This document shows, in pieces, positions 45,947 through 46,061 of a stretch of DNA of 46,061 bases. The position numbers and the translations under genes are program-made. The stretch lies in contig NIVC01002973.1 in the NCBI GenBank assembly GCA_002269645.1, positions 1-46,061 on the forward strand. The letters run 5' to 3'. The stretch comes from Macrostomum lignano. Its lineage: Eukaryota. Every line of letters begins with the position of its first letter. The stretch's first letter is position 1. The notes below the pieces were generated by a model. It made no database searches. It was not told where the DNA came from and saw only the letters and a program-made list of their open reading frames with translations.

Positions 45947-46061
45947 GTAATTCGTACATTTCCTAACTGTAAAATGCAATAATGGTTTTAATGCGTGGGT
46001 GACGAATAACTGCGAATGAGTAACTAATAGATTTGACGAATAGAGTAACTAGTAGAGTGAC

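Overview
Eukaryotic (animal) genomic DNA with spliceosomal GT-AG introns. A free-living flatworm such as Macrostomum is my inference, based on the flatworm/mollusc-type paramyosin N-terminus and the very high minisatellite density; it is not proven. From left to right: (1) the frameshifted 3' end of an NCoR/SMRT-like corepressor gene with CoRNR boxes; (2) a TA-flanked, TIR-bounded element filled with a 31-bp repeat; (3) an intact 8-exon SLC38A10-like amino-acid transporter gene (+, 659 aa by my splice model), whose introns hold about 15 unrelated tandem arrays and a young, full-length BEL/Pao LTR retrotransposon on the opposite strand; (4) a convergent 7-exon gene for a putatively myristoylated ankyrin-repeat protein with a long repetitive tail (-, about 1186 aa); (5) a 2-exon Mab-21/cGAS-like receptor (cGLR) gene with an apparently intact catalytic triad (-); (6) the first coding exon of a paramyosin gene (+). 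The cGLR and its same-strand ankyrin neighbour are the most interesting candidates. All family assignments come from motif recognition by eye; no database searches were run.
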